Shown: piece by piece, positions 48,184-56,718 of the stretch | How positions within the stretch are numbered: the first letter of the stretch is position 1 | Layout: every line of letters starts with the position of its first letter | Source: a virus | Lineage: Duplodnaviria; Caudoviricetes | Virus record (IMG/VR): IMGVR_UViG_641509434_000001 | Span: 15,233-79,232 of that record | Strand: one strand, 5' to 3' | Length of the DNA: 64,000 nt | Made by a program: the position numbers and the translations under genes | The notes under the pieces: generated by a model | Seen by the model: the letters and a program-made list of their open reading frames with translations, nothing else | Databases searched by the model: none | What the model was told of the DNA's origin: nothing

Positions 48184-50867
48184 TGAAGAACTACTTAGGA
48201 GAAGATACCCCTTGGAGTGAAATTCCAATGATGGGTGCAGCAGATATTGAAACTACTGGACTTGACTATTTCACAGAAAAGATTACATTAGTACAATATG
48301 GTACTGATGATGAACATCAACAATGGTACACAGAAGAACCTACAATAGAAGATATTAAAGAACTTAAAAAGAGAACTTTATTCTGGCATAATGGCAAGTT
48401 TGATACTAAATTCATTGCATACCACTTTGGTGTTATGTTGCCAATTCATGGTGACTCAATGGTTCTTTTACATGCATTAGGCTATTCAGATAGTCTTAGT
48501 CTTAAAGTTGCAGCAGCTAAATTACTTGGAGTTGAAAACTGGGATATTGAACATGATCTTAAGTTGAGTAAAGGACCAGACGAAGAAGCTTCTAAACTTA
48601 AGTTCTTTGAATATGGGCTTAAAGATGTTAAGTATACTTATGCATTGATGCGTTTACTTCTTACTGGTGTCAACAGTCAGAGTGATGATCCAGAAGATAG
48701 CAAGAACTTCAATACTATTGATGACTTGCAATATAATGTCTACAACAATGAATTGAAAGCATATTCTGCATTCAGGTATATTGAGATGACTGGAACTCCT
48801 TTAGGGGATATGTCTAAATCTCAAGATGCTATTGATGGAAAAATTGAAGATATTGAAAATAAATGGGGCTTTAGATTTGACTGGGTAAACTCATCTGATA
48901 AAGTTGGTGCATTACTTTCATTAGTAGATAAACGACTTAAACCAGGAGATAATGGCAAAATCTCAGTAACTAAAGAAGTACTTACTAAGCATATTCAAGA
49001 GGTAGGAGACTTTGCTTATGATGTAAAAGAAGTCCGTAAACTCAAGAAACTTATTCAGTTCTTTGACTCATGGAATAAACTTGGACATGATGGTCGTATC
49101 TTCCCACAATTCAATATAACAACTAAGACTGGACGTACTTCATCAAGCAATCCGAACTTACAACAAGTACCTCAAGATAGTCGAGTTCGTAATATCATTG
49201 CAGCACCAAAAGGTATGAAATTTATTGAATGTGACTATTCACAGCTAGAGTTACGATGTGCAGCTTATTGTGCTCAAGAACCAGCAATGATGGAAGCTTA
49301 CAAAAACGGAGCTGACTTACATACTAAGACATGGGAATCAATGAATGGTCGTCCATTCTCTGATGATCATGATATGGCTAAAAGAGAGCGTACAATCGCT
49401 AAGGCATGCTTTAGTGGAGATACTGAAATTCTTACCCCTTATGGATGGGTTAAGTTTGAAGATTATGATGAGTCTATGATGTGTGCTCAGTATGATGAAG
49501 TTACTGGTAAAATATCATTTACTTATCCAAACGAAACCATTCATCTTAAAGATCAAGATATCTGGGTATATGAAGATACTAATACTTCTATTCATGCTAC
49601 AGGCAATCATGATATTCTTATACAAAAGCCTAATGGAGACATAGCAAAAGAGAAGTTTAGCAATCTTCAGTTATTGCAAAAAGGTGACAAGCATAGATTC
49701 ATTAATGCAGGTTATGTAGACAGTGCTGAGGAAGTAGATACTCTTATGCAAAGACTAGTTGCATTTACTACAAGATATGGTCAAACAAGAAGAGATAAGC
49801 TTCATTTTGCAATTAAGAAACCAAGATATGTATCTTACTTGATTGAACTATTAGATGATCTAGAAGTAATTTATCATTTACAAAGAGAATATCATAGTGG
49901 TCAAGACTTTTACTATTCTTACATCGAGGTGGACGATTCTTTCCTACTAGATCATATCAGAGAATTTCTTAATGATGACAATTCGCTAAAATATGAAAGT
50001 ATTCCTAAGTTAGGTATGCCTTTCTTAGAAGCATTCAAAGATTTTGGACATCTTACTAGTAAGAATGGTATCGTAGTAAAAGATATACATAGAAGTACAT
50101 TAGATGTTGTTCAACAAGTGGGTATACGTCATGGAGTTAAAGTAAGAATAAATGGTAGCTATACAGCAGCATATAACTTAGCTAAAGGAGTGTTCTCATT
50201 TCCTGGTAAAGCATTTCCAACTGGTCCTTCTTATAAAGGAGATGTGTATTGCGTAAATGTGCCAACACATAATATAGTCATTAGACATAATGATAAAGTT
50301 TCTATTCAAGGTAATTGTAACTTCTCACTTTTGTATGGAGCTCAGTCTAAGACACTTCGAGATTATGCACGCACAAATATGGGAATAGATATGTCTCAAG
50401 AAGATGCAGATGAATTTCACCGAGCTTTCTTTGAATCATACCCAGGACTAGTATCATGGCACAATGCATGTAAACGATTCTTAGATGAACATGGTTATAT
50501 TCAAAGTCCACTTGGTCGTAGACGTTATTTACCAACTGTTTATAGTAAAGACTGGGGAGAAAAAGAATCTGCATATCGTAGATCAATTAATACTCCAGTT
50601 CAAGGGCTTGGTTCAGATATTTGTGTATCAGCAATGACTACAATTCTACAACATCCAGAATATGGTAAAACATTCTTTGTACATGGAACAATTCATGATG
50701 CCATCTTAGTTACAGCTTATGAAGACCAAGCAGAACATGTGGCATATGACATCATTAAAAAGATTATGGAACATCCACCAATCTTAGACAAACTTCCAAC
50801 TACTAATGGATTGTATCTTATTGCAGATGCAGATGTAACTGACTCTTGGGGAGGAGAAGCAGTATGA
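48180..50867 (+). CDS. family A DNA polymerase with 3'-5' exonuclease and an intein
   Basis: DIETTGL, HNGKFD, TGRTSSSNPNLQQVP, DYSQLELR, AKA[intein]CNFSLLYG, NTPVQG, IHDAI. Confidence 0.95.
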   Translation: MMKNYLGEDTPWSEIPMMGAADIETTGLDYFTEKITLVQYGTDDEHQQWYTEEPTIEDIKELKKRTLFWHNGKFDTKFIAYHFGVMLPIHGDSMVLLHALGYSDSLSLKVAAAKLLGVENWDIEHDLKLSKGPDEEASKLKFFEYGLKDVKYTYALMRLLLTGVNSQSDDPEDSKNFNTIDDLQYNVYNNELKAYSAFRYIEMTGTPLGDMSKSQDAIDGKIEDIENKWGFRFDWVNSSDKVGALLSLVDKRLKPGDNGKISVTKEVLTKHIQEVGDFAYDVKEVRKLKKLIQFFDSWNKLGHDGRIFPQFNITTKTGRTSSSNPNLQQVPQDSRVRNIIAAPKGMKFIECDYSQLELRCAAYCAQEPAMMEAYKNGADLHTKTWESMNGRPFSDDHDMAKRERTIAKACFSGDTEILTPYGWVKFEDYDESMMCAQYDEVTGKISFTYPNETIHLKDQDIWVYEDTNTSIHATGNHDILIQKPNGDIAKEKFSNLQLLQKGDKHRFINAGYVDSAEEVDTLMQRLVAFTTRYGQTRRDKLHFAIKKPRYVSYLIELLDDLEVIYHLQREYHSGQDFYYSYIEVDDSFLLDHIREFLNDDNSLKYESIPKLGMPFLEAFKDFGHLTSKNGIVVKDIHRSTLDVVQQVGIRHGVKVRINGSYTAAYNLAKGVFSFPGKAFPTGPSYKGDVYCVNVPTHNIVIRHNDKVSIQGNCNFSLLYGAQSKTLRDYARTNMGIDMSQEDADEFHRAFFESYPGLVSWHNACKRFLDEHGYIQSPLGRRRYLPTVYSKDWGEKESAYRRSINTPVQGLGSDICVSAMTTILQHPEYGKTFFVHGTIHDAILVTAYEDQAEHVAYDIIKKIMEHPPILDKLPTTNGLYLIADADVTDSWGGEAV
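49407..50315 (+). mobile_element. intein (303 aa) inserted in PolA motif B
   Basis: Starts CFSGDTEILTPYGW, has ATGNH block B, ends DVYCVNVPTHNIVIRHNDKVSIQGN followed by Cys+1. Confidence 0.92.
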
Positions 50868-51772
50868 AAATGATGATTGCAGTACCTACTACAGGTACAC
50901 GAGAACCAGAAACATATAACTTACTTAAAGAACATAATGTACCAAATGTATTTATGTTCAATCAAAACTATGGACCAGATAGTCCTATTCAAGACACAGA
51001 CAACATCACAGTATTCAACTGTGGTGGGTCTAAGTCTAAGATTACTAACTTAAGTATTGCAGCTAATGAGGCAAAATTAAGAGGCTTTACTCATATTCTA
51101 ACAGTCGATGATGACTTAAAGTATGTATGCAAACAAGTAGGAGATAAGTTCGAGAGAGTTCAAGTATCTAAAGACAATACAGCTGAGACATTTGCACTCA
51201 TTGAAGAAAACTTATCAGATGAATTTGATTGTATAGGTCTTAAGTTTCCATTCCCAAATAATCATGAGTGGGCAAGACAACCACGAAATATTGCAATTAG
51301 TACATCATGTTTTGCATTGTGGAAAGTAGATAGCTTAATTGAATGTATCGAACTCATTAGAGAAAAGAATGACTTACAAACATTAAGACTTGGCGATGAT
51401 ACAATGTTAGCAGGTGCTTTAGCTTCATTGGATATGAAGTATGGACAGTTCCAACATATCAAAGCTATGTATGATATTCAGTCTACAATTACTGGTATTG
51501 GTTCTACGATTCATGACACAGATACTAAAAAAGAAATAGACAATATCATTAAGTTATATTCCCGAGTTGAAGAAACTTATCCTCATTTATATTGGCAAGT
51601 TACTCCAGAAGGTCTACCAACTAAGCCAAGTAAGATTCCACATAAACTAACAGTTTATCAATGTGCAAGAAAAATGCCAATGAAGAGAGTTAAGTTCAAA
51701 AAAGAATATTGGACTTACTTCTTAGATCAATTATGGGACAAAAACTTAAACCACTCAGATTTTATACTCTGA
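50864..51772 (+). CDS. GT2-fold (TAGT-like) putative DNA glycosyltransferase 2
   Basis: IAVPTTG, HILTVDDDL, LGDDTML. Confidence 0.6.
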   Translation: MKMMIAVPTTGTREPETYNLLKEHNVPNVFMFNQNYGPDSPIQDTDNITVFNCGGSKSKITNLSIAANEAKLRGFTHILTVDDDLKYVCKQVGDKFERVQVSKDNTAETFALIEENLSDEFDCIGLKFPFPNNHEWARQPRNIAISTSCFALWKVDSLIECIELIREKNDLQTLRLGDDTMLAGALASLDMKYGQFQHIKAMYDIQSTITGIGSTIHDTDTKKEIDNIIKLYSRVEETYPHLYWQVTPEGLPTKPSKIPHKLTVYQCARKMPMKRVKFKKEYWTYFLDQLWDKNLNHSDFIL

Positions 51773-51840
51773 GATACAATAGTTACTAATACTATAAGAA
51801 CTAATAGATTAGTCGAGATACAATAGTTACTAATACTATA
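51771..51840 (+). promoter_or_regulatory. tandem pair of putative phage RNAP promoters (51771-51796, 51815-51840)
   Basis: Two perfect copies of GAGATACAATAGTTACTAATACTATA. Confidence 0.75.
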
Positions 51841-51874
51841 AGACAAAAGTTCTATAGTTAGAGGAGAGAAATAA

Positions 51875-52177
51875 ATGGCACAAGAAAACATTGTATTTGC
51901 AACACATTCAGAATTAATGACTAATGAAATTGTCTCAGTATTAGGACGTGAAAAAGCACCTAAATTCTACTTTGACAAACGTGACAAATCTTTCTGGCTA
52001 TCAGGTAAATTTGATATGTTGGATATCATTAAACTTAAAGGGATGTTTGTTGAATTAAGCATGCCAAATGTAACAGTAGTAAACCAATCAACAATGAACG
52101 TATATCGTAAAGAAGATAAAGACAGCAACCTTGTCAATATCTATGAAGGTGATGAAGTTCGTCCACTTAAAGGATAA
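51875..52177 (+). CDS. hypothetical protein
   Basis: GAGGAG RBS. Confidence 0.65.
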   Translation: MAQENIVFATHSELMTNEIVSVLGREKAPKFYFDKRDKSFWLSGKFDMLDIIKLKGMFVELSMPNVTVVNQSTMNVYRKEDKDSNLVNIYEGDEVRPLKG

Positions 52178-52182
52178 TAATA

Positions 52183-52539
52183 ATGATAGATATTTCAGAC
52201 TACACTTCATATACTTCTGCATTACAGATTGCAATTAATCAACCTACATTGATTAAAGGAGCAACTGATGATATGGAAGAAATTGCCCACATCATTGAGT
52301 TAAGTCAAAGTAATAATGCTGTACCTGGAATATTCTACATTATATTTTGTAAGATGTTCAATGGCAAGCAGAATACTGTTATCAGTAACATTGACTTACT
52401 TACTCTGAGGTTTAAAGCCTCAGCAGAAATCTCAATTGAAGGTCCACTGGAACTCTGGTGGTGGAATAACAATAAAGGAGATAAATATGACAAACTTATC
52501 TACCCAAGAAACCAAAGGAATAAATTTAATGAAATGTGA
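52183..52539 (+). CDS. hypothetical protein
   Basis: ORF within the operon. Confidence 0.55.
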   Translation: MIDISDYTSYTSALQIAINQPTLIKGATDDMEEIAHIIELSQSNNAVPGIFYIIFCKMFNGKQNTVISNIDLLTLRFKASAEISIEGPLELWWWNNNKGDKYDKLIYPRNQRNKFNEM

Positions 52540-52762
52540 AAATTGTAACCATAATAAAATGCTTCATGTAGATGATGTACGAGTTGAAGGTGGATCAGGT
52601 TTTGATAGCTATATGTGTCCAGTTTGTTTAACTGAATGTTATATTGAATACTTATCAAATAAAATGGCAACTAAAAAATGGTCATTTAGACAGCAATATC
52701 TAATTCGCGACGAAGATCTTGTCCGTAAAACATATCGTAATGGTCAAACAGGTAAGAATTGA
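52529..52762 (+). CDS. zinc-ribbon protein
   Basis: MKCENC...CPVC; AAGGA RBS. Confidence 0.55.
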   Translation: MKCENCNHNKMLHVDDVRVEGGSGFDSYMCPVCLTECYIEYLSNKMATKKWSFRQQYLIRDEDLVRKTYRNGQTGKN

Positions 52763-52984
52763 AAAACATACACACTATGATTGGAGGCATTAATCTATGG
52801 AAAATGATGTTTATCCTGCTTTTGATTTCCCTGATGATATATCTTCATTAGATAAAGCTAAAGTAAAAAGAACATTGGACAGACTCTGGATGCTTGCTGA
52901 AATGTCAGATGACTATTCAGTAACTTGTCAAGAACAAAAGAGAATTGAAATATATTCAAAAATGCATAACTTAGGAGAGAAGAA

Positions 52985-53497
52985 ATGATTAACTTTAAAG
53001 AACTCGTAAAAGAACGTGATGCTGCTAAACTTCGTATTGATGAAATTAACAATCGCATTGATACCATCAGATATAATGAAGCTATTGTGCCACATGATCT
53101 TAACCAAGAACTTATCTCTACAGAAGAATATCATAAACAACTTATTCTTCGTATAGGTCGTTCACTTACAGAAGAAGATATTGCTGTACCTGTTACAGTA
53201 GTCAACTTAGGTCCAGAAGACTTTTCTGTATTCCTTAAAGAGGTTAATGAGGAAGAAGTTGAGAAACTTAAACAAGAAACAACACTTGCTCCTTTCAACT
53301 CTGCTGATATTCTTCAAGCAATTGCTGGAGTAGAAGTATCAGAAGAATCATCTGAAGATGATGAAGAACAATGTGGCTGCAAAGATTGCACATCAGAAGA
53401 TGATGACAATGCAGAAGATATCTTAGACACAATCGTAAAAGCATTCCTACTCAAGGGTGCAATTAATGCTATTGAAGCAAAGAAAGAAGGAAAATAA
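52985..53497 (+). CDS. acidic hypothetical protein
   Basis: AGGAG RBS, 170 aa. Confidence 0.6.
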   Translation: MINFKELVKERDAAKLRIDEINNRIDTIRYNEAIVPHDLNQELISTEEYHKQLILRIGRSLTEEDIAVPVTVVNLGPEDFSVFLKEVNEEEVEKLKQETTLAPFNSADILQAIAGVEVSEESSEDDEEQCGCKDCTSEDDDNAEDILDTIVKAFLLKGAINAIEAKKEGK

Positions 53498-53498
53498 T

Positions 53499-53879
53499 AT
53501 GAACTACAATGAACTTACACCAGGAGAACTTAAAGACTTACTTACTAAACGTGGCATTGAATTTGCACCACGTGCTCAAAAGAAATCATTGATTAGCTTA
53601 CTTGAAGCTTATGATGAAGCTACATCAAGTCAAGATCTTGAAGAAAAGATTGAAGAAATCAATGAAGGTTCTACAGAAGCACCTGAAGAAAAAGTAGCAA
53701 CAGTTTCAACAACTACAACTACAGTGGAATCTAAAACAACATCAGTAAATAAAGATACTGTCGTTGAAGATGTAACAAATACTAAAACAGTTACCACATC
53801 TCACTCATTCACAAACAGTGAAGAACTTGATTCGTATATGGCACAAATGAATGCTCTTGAACGTGCAGATAAAGCATAA
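53499..53879 (+). CDS. HeH/SAP-like nucleic-acid-binding protein
   Basis: YNELTPGELKDLLTKRGIEFAPRAQKKSLISLL. Confidence 0.65.
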   Translation: MNYNELTPGELKDLLTKRGIEFAPRAQKKSLISLLEAYDEATSSQDLEEKIEEINEGSTEAPEEKVATVSTTTTTVESKTTSVNKDTVVEDVTNTKTVTTSHSFTNSEELDSYMAQMNALERADKA

Positions 53880-53905
53880 TTGATAATTAGATAGGAGAGA
53901 TCTAA

Positions 53906-54349
53906 ATGAGACAATGGGAAGTATACGTAGATGGTAGCTATAATGTCAAAACAGAAGTGTATGGTGGAGCATATTTAGCTTCATGTGCAGAACTTTCTGA
54001 AGGAGCATTTCAGAACTCTTTCTCAGCTAACAAACCAGACTGGGTGGGTTCACGCAATGTATCTGGTGAGTTAGGTGCAGTTATCCTGTTCTTAAAAACA
54101 AATATGGAACTAAGTTTACTGGAATCTGGAGACGAAGTTATCTTTTACTATGACTACACTGGTATTCAAAAGTGGGCAGATGATGAATGGAAAGCTAATA
54201 AAGTTCCAAGCAAAGTCTACAAACAATATATTGAAATGGTGCGTAGTAAAGGTATCTCAATTAGATTTGAAAAGGTAAAAGCACATACTGGAGTAGAACT
54301 AAATGAGACAGTAGATAATTTAGCAAAGAAAGCAGTAGGTATTGAATAA
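53906..54349 (+). CDS. ribonuclease HI
   Basis: VYVDGSY, RNVSGEL, YDYTGI, KVKAHTG...NETVDNLAK. Confidence 0.9.
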   Translation: MRQWEVYVDGSYNVKTEVYGGAYLASCAELSEGAFQNSFSANKPDWVGSRNVSGELGAVILFLKTNMELSLLESGDEVIFYYDYTGIQKWADDEWKANKVPSKVYKQYIEMVRSKGISIRFEKVKAHTGVELNETVDNLAKKAVGIE

Positions 54350-54738
54350 TGGAACCGAAGTTTGATTTTAATAAGTATGCAAAGAAAATAGGTAGAGTTA
54401 GTATCTTCTTAACTCCAACTTTACACTTGGCTAAGTCTGGTGTATTCACACTATATCTTACAGGAGAAGAAGATTCTACTTGTGTAAAGATATCTAGGTC
54501 AGGTAAATTCTTAGGCTTTAAGTTTATCAAAGAAAAGGATAGCAGTGCTTATTCTATTTTTCCTAAAGGAGAAGCATTGGGTATCAAGGCCAAACGATTA
54601 GGTGTTGAATTACATCTAGATGAAATGCTAGGAGACAAATTTAGATCAATGAATTTTGACTTAATTCATTCTGAAGAAGATCCTCATTTGTGGTATTGTG
54701 ACTTAACACAACCAACCACACTATATGATAACAAGTAG
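54349..54738 (+). CDS. hypothetical protein
   Basis: 129-aa ORF coupled to the RNase H gene. Confidence 0.6.
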   Translation: MEPKFDFNKYAKKIGRVSIFLTPTLHLAKSGVFTLYLTGEEDSTCVKISRSGKFLGFKFIKEKDSSAYSIFPKGEALGIKAKRLGVELHLDEMLGDKFRSMNFDLIHSEEDPHLWYCDLTQPTTLYDNK

Positions 54739-54871
54739 GTTGATAGTAATAATCCTTTGGTTTGAATCCATAAAAATGTCTGGTTACAGTCCATCCTGTT
54801 CTTAGCCTTCTAGGAACAAATGATCTTACTTAATTTTACTACTAGGTTCTGCAGGACTATTGGTAGTAAAG

Positions 54872-54950
54872 TTGCATGGCCATCGGAATGGCTATCTTTG
54901 AATGTACAACAAGGATAGAGAGCAGATTGGTTCGACTCCCTCCCATGTAA
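54872..54950 (+). ncRNA. atypical tRNA-like cloverleaf (pseudo-tRNA, GTA in the anticodon-like loop)
   Basis: TTGCATGG/CCATGTAA closing stem, GCCAT-CGGA-ATGGC, 9-bp stem with loop AATGTACAA, GGTTCGACTCC. Confidence 0.4.
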
Positions 54951-55027
54951 TTGCTCCCCTTTTTGTTCATTTTTAGGGGGCACTCTTTCTTTTTTATCAG
55001 GCCTGTCATTCCGGGACAGGTCTTTAA

Positions 55028-55100
55028 GGTTCTTTAGCTCAATAGGCAGAGCATGCAGCCCATAACTGCAAAGGCGTAGGTTCAATTCCTACAGGAACCA
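55028..55100 (+). tRNA. tRNA-Met or Ile2 (anticodon CAT)
   Basis: GGTTCTT/AGGAACC acceptor, GCTC/GAGC D-stem, TGCAG-CCCATAA-CTGCA, GTAGG-TTCAATT-CCTAC. Confidence 0.9.
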
Positions 55101-55112
55101 TAAGGAGATTAT

Positions 55113-55439
55113 ATGTTACTACTTCTATTATCACACTTTGTTGGTGACTATACTTTTCAAACAGAGTATATGGCTCTCAACAAAGGTAAAGACAACTATA
55201 TCTTAGCTGCTCATGTAGCAACATGGACTTATGTCATCTATATGATGGCTCACTTTCTAGGTTTACATGTGTCAGAAGAACTACTTGTATTTGTATTATT
55301 CATTCCACATTATGTAATGGACTACATTAAAGCAAGAAACAACCTATGGTGTAAGAAAGTATCACCAAAACTAGCATTAACTATTGATCAATCATTTCAT
55401 TTTCTACAAATCATAGTATTCTATATGATAGCAAGATAA
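55113..55439 (+). CDS. DUF3307-like membrane protein
   Basis: LSHFVGDYTFQT...H...HYVMDYIK...DQSFH. Confidence 0.75.
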   Translation: MLLLLLSHFVGDYTFQTEYMALNKGKDNYILAAHVATWTYVIYMMAHFLGLHVSEELLVFVLFIPHYVMDYIKARNNLWCKKVSPKLALTIDQSFHFLQIIVFYMIAR

Positions 55440-55441
55440 GT

Positions 55442-55465
55442 GAGATACAATAGTTACTAATACTA
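55442..55465 (+). promoter_or_regulatory. putative phage RNAP promoter
   Basis: GAGATACAATAGTTACTAATACTA upstream of the structured non-coding region. Confidence 0.7.
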
Positions 55466-56060
55466 ATAGATAGGGTATCATAAGTTGCGTCCCTCTATTA
55501 TTAGTAGTCTATTTATCAGATGAGATATTAAGTAGTCAACCATAAGGCTTTAGTCTATTGCCTTTTACCTCCTTTCTAATATTTTAGCACAGCATTTCCT
55601 TATGTACTTAATATCTTTTCTGATAAATAGACAGAGACAGTAGTCTCATTGAGTAGATAATTCTTATCTATTGAATGCGGTTATTGTCTCTATAACCCAG
55701 TCGGCACACAACTACACATACTTTCAGAGTAAGCCTATACTAGAGTCTTACTTTGGTAGTTGAAATGTGCAAGTATGTGTCAATGGAGGCTTGGTTATCA
55801 TATATTTACTATCTTACGAAATGACATACCCACTAGTATTGGTTAACTCTTAGTAATAAGACGAATTAAGTATATGATAGCGACGGTATATGCACGCAGT
55901 AGTGCATCACTGCCACTAATAGAATTATGTCTATCTATTAGTAGAGGTATTAATCTAACTTATGGCATGGCTGACCTGGTACCCACTTTACCTAACTAGC
56001 TAAACTCCCAAAACAAATAAAATCAATTACATTTGTCATAAGAAAGATTAATATCTTTAC
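55457..56060 (+). ncRNA. array of long stem-loops (structured non-coding transcript)
   Basis: About 600 nt with no listed ORF, made of consecutive inverted repeats (55508-55631, 55633-55691, 55697-55794, 55796-55880, 55948-56053). Confidence 0.6.
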
Positions 56061-56080
56061 TAATAGCTAGACTATTATCT

Positions 56081-56156
56081 GGATCTTTAGCTCAATTGGA
56101 ATTAGAGCAACATTCTTCTAAAGTGTAGGTTACTGGTTCGAGTCCAGTAAGGTCCA
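56081..56156 (+). tRNA. tRNA-Arg (anticodon TCT)
   Basis: GGATCTT/AAGGTCC acceptor, ACATT-CTTCTAA-AGTGT, ACTGG-TTCGAGT-CCAGT. Confidence 0.92.
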
Positions 56157-56197
56157 TTCTGCTAATGTGTAGCAGATAGAAAGTATGTAGGTATCAA

Positions 56198-56686
56198 ATG
56201 AAACAATTATCACCAAAGACAATCGGAACACTTCAAGTGGATCTCGATGAAATGAGAAATAGAGAGTTAGACATGATTAAGATTGTCTGCACTCCAACAA
56301 GAGCACAAGCTGCTAATAACTTCCTTAAGGATATGTATCATCAGTTTGAGTGGGCTTTACAAGCTTACAATGCTCATTATATTGATTATCCTATGGAAGA
56401 TAAAGCAGTAGTAAATGACTCACATTATGAAACAATTCAAAGATGGCTAGTAGGAGAATTACAGGGAGACTCTAATCAACCTATGGATGCTAATGCATTC
56501 TTCTTTATCAATCCAATCACTGACTTAGTTACTGATTTCTATAAAAATAAAACATCGCTACTGAATATTCTGGGAGTAGCTAGTGTTCGACTATCACTAG
56601 ACCCAGAAGATGTTTTAACAATGTATGATATTAACAAGTTTATTGAACAAATGAAAGTTAAACGAAACAATTGGTTGAAAGGCTAA
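56198..56686 (+). CDS. hypothetical protein
   Basis: 162-aa ORF. Confidence 0.6.
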   Translation: MKQLSPKTIGTLQVDLDEMRNRELDMIKIVCTPTRAQAANNFLKDMYHQFEWALQAYNAHYIDYPMEDKAVVNDSHYETIQRWLVGELQGDSNQPMDANAFFFINPITDLVTDFYKNKTSLLNILGVASVRLSLDPEDVLTMYDINKFIEQMKVKRNNWLKG

Positions 56687-56718
56687 TATAACAAAGTATA
56701 TCTGAATAGGAGAGATTC

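Noticed and set aside
55478-55590. Minus-strand 21-codon ORF (MVDYLISHLINRLLIIEGRNL) behind AGAAAGGAGG as a type I toxin
   Set aside because: The SD is 24 nt from the ATG (a hairpin could bridge it), the peptide is not a clear TM helix, and it opposes the promoter motif; too weak to call
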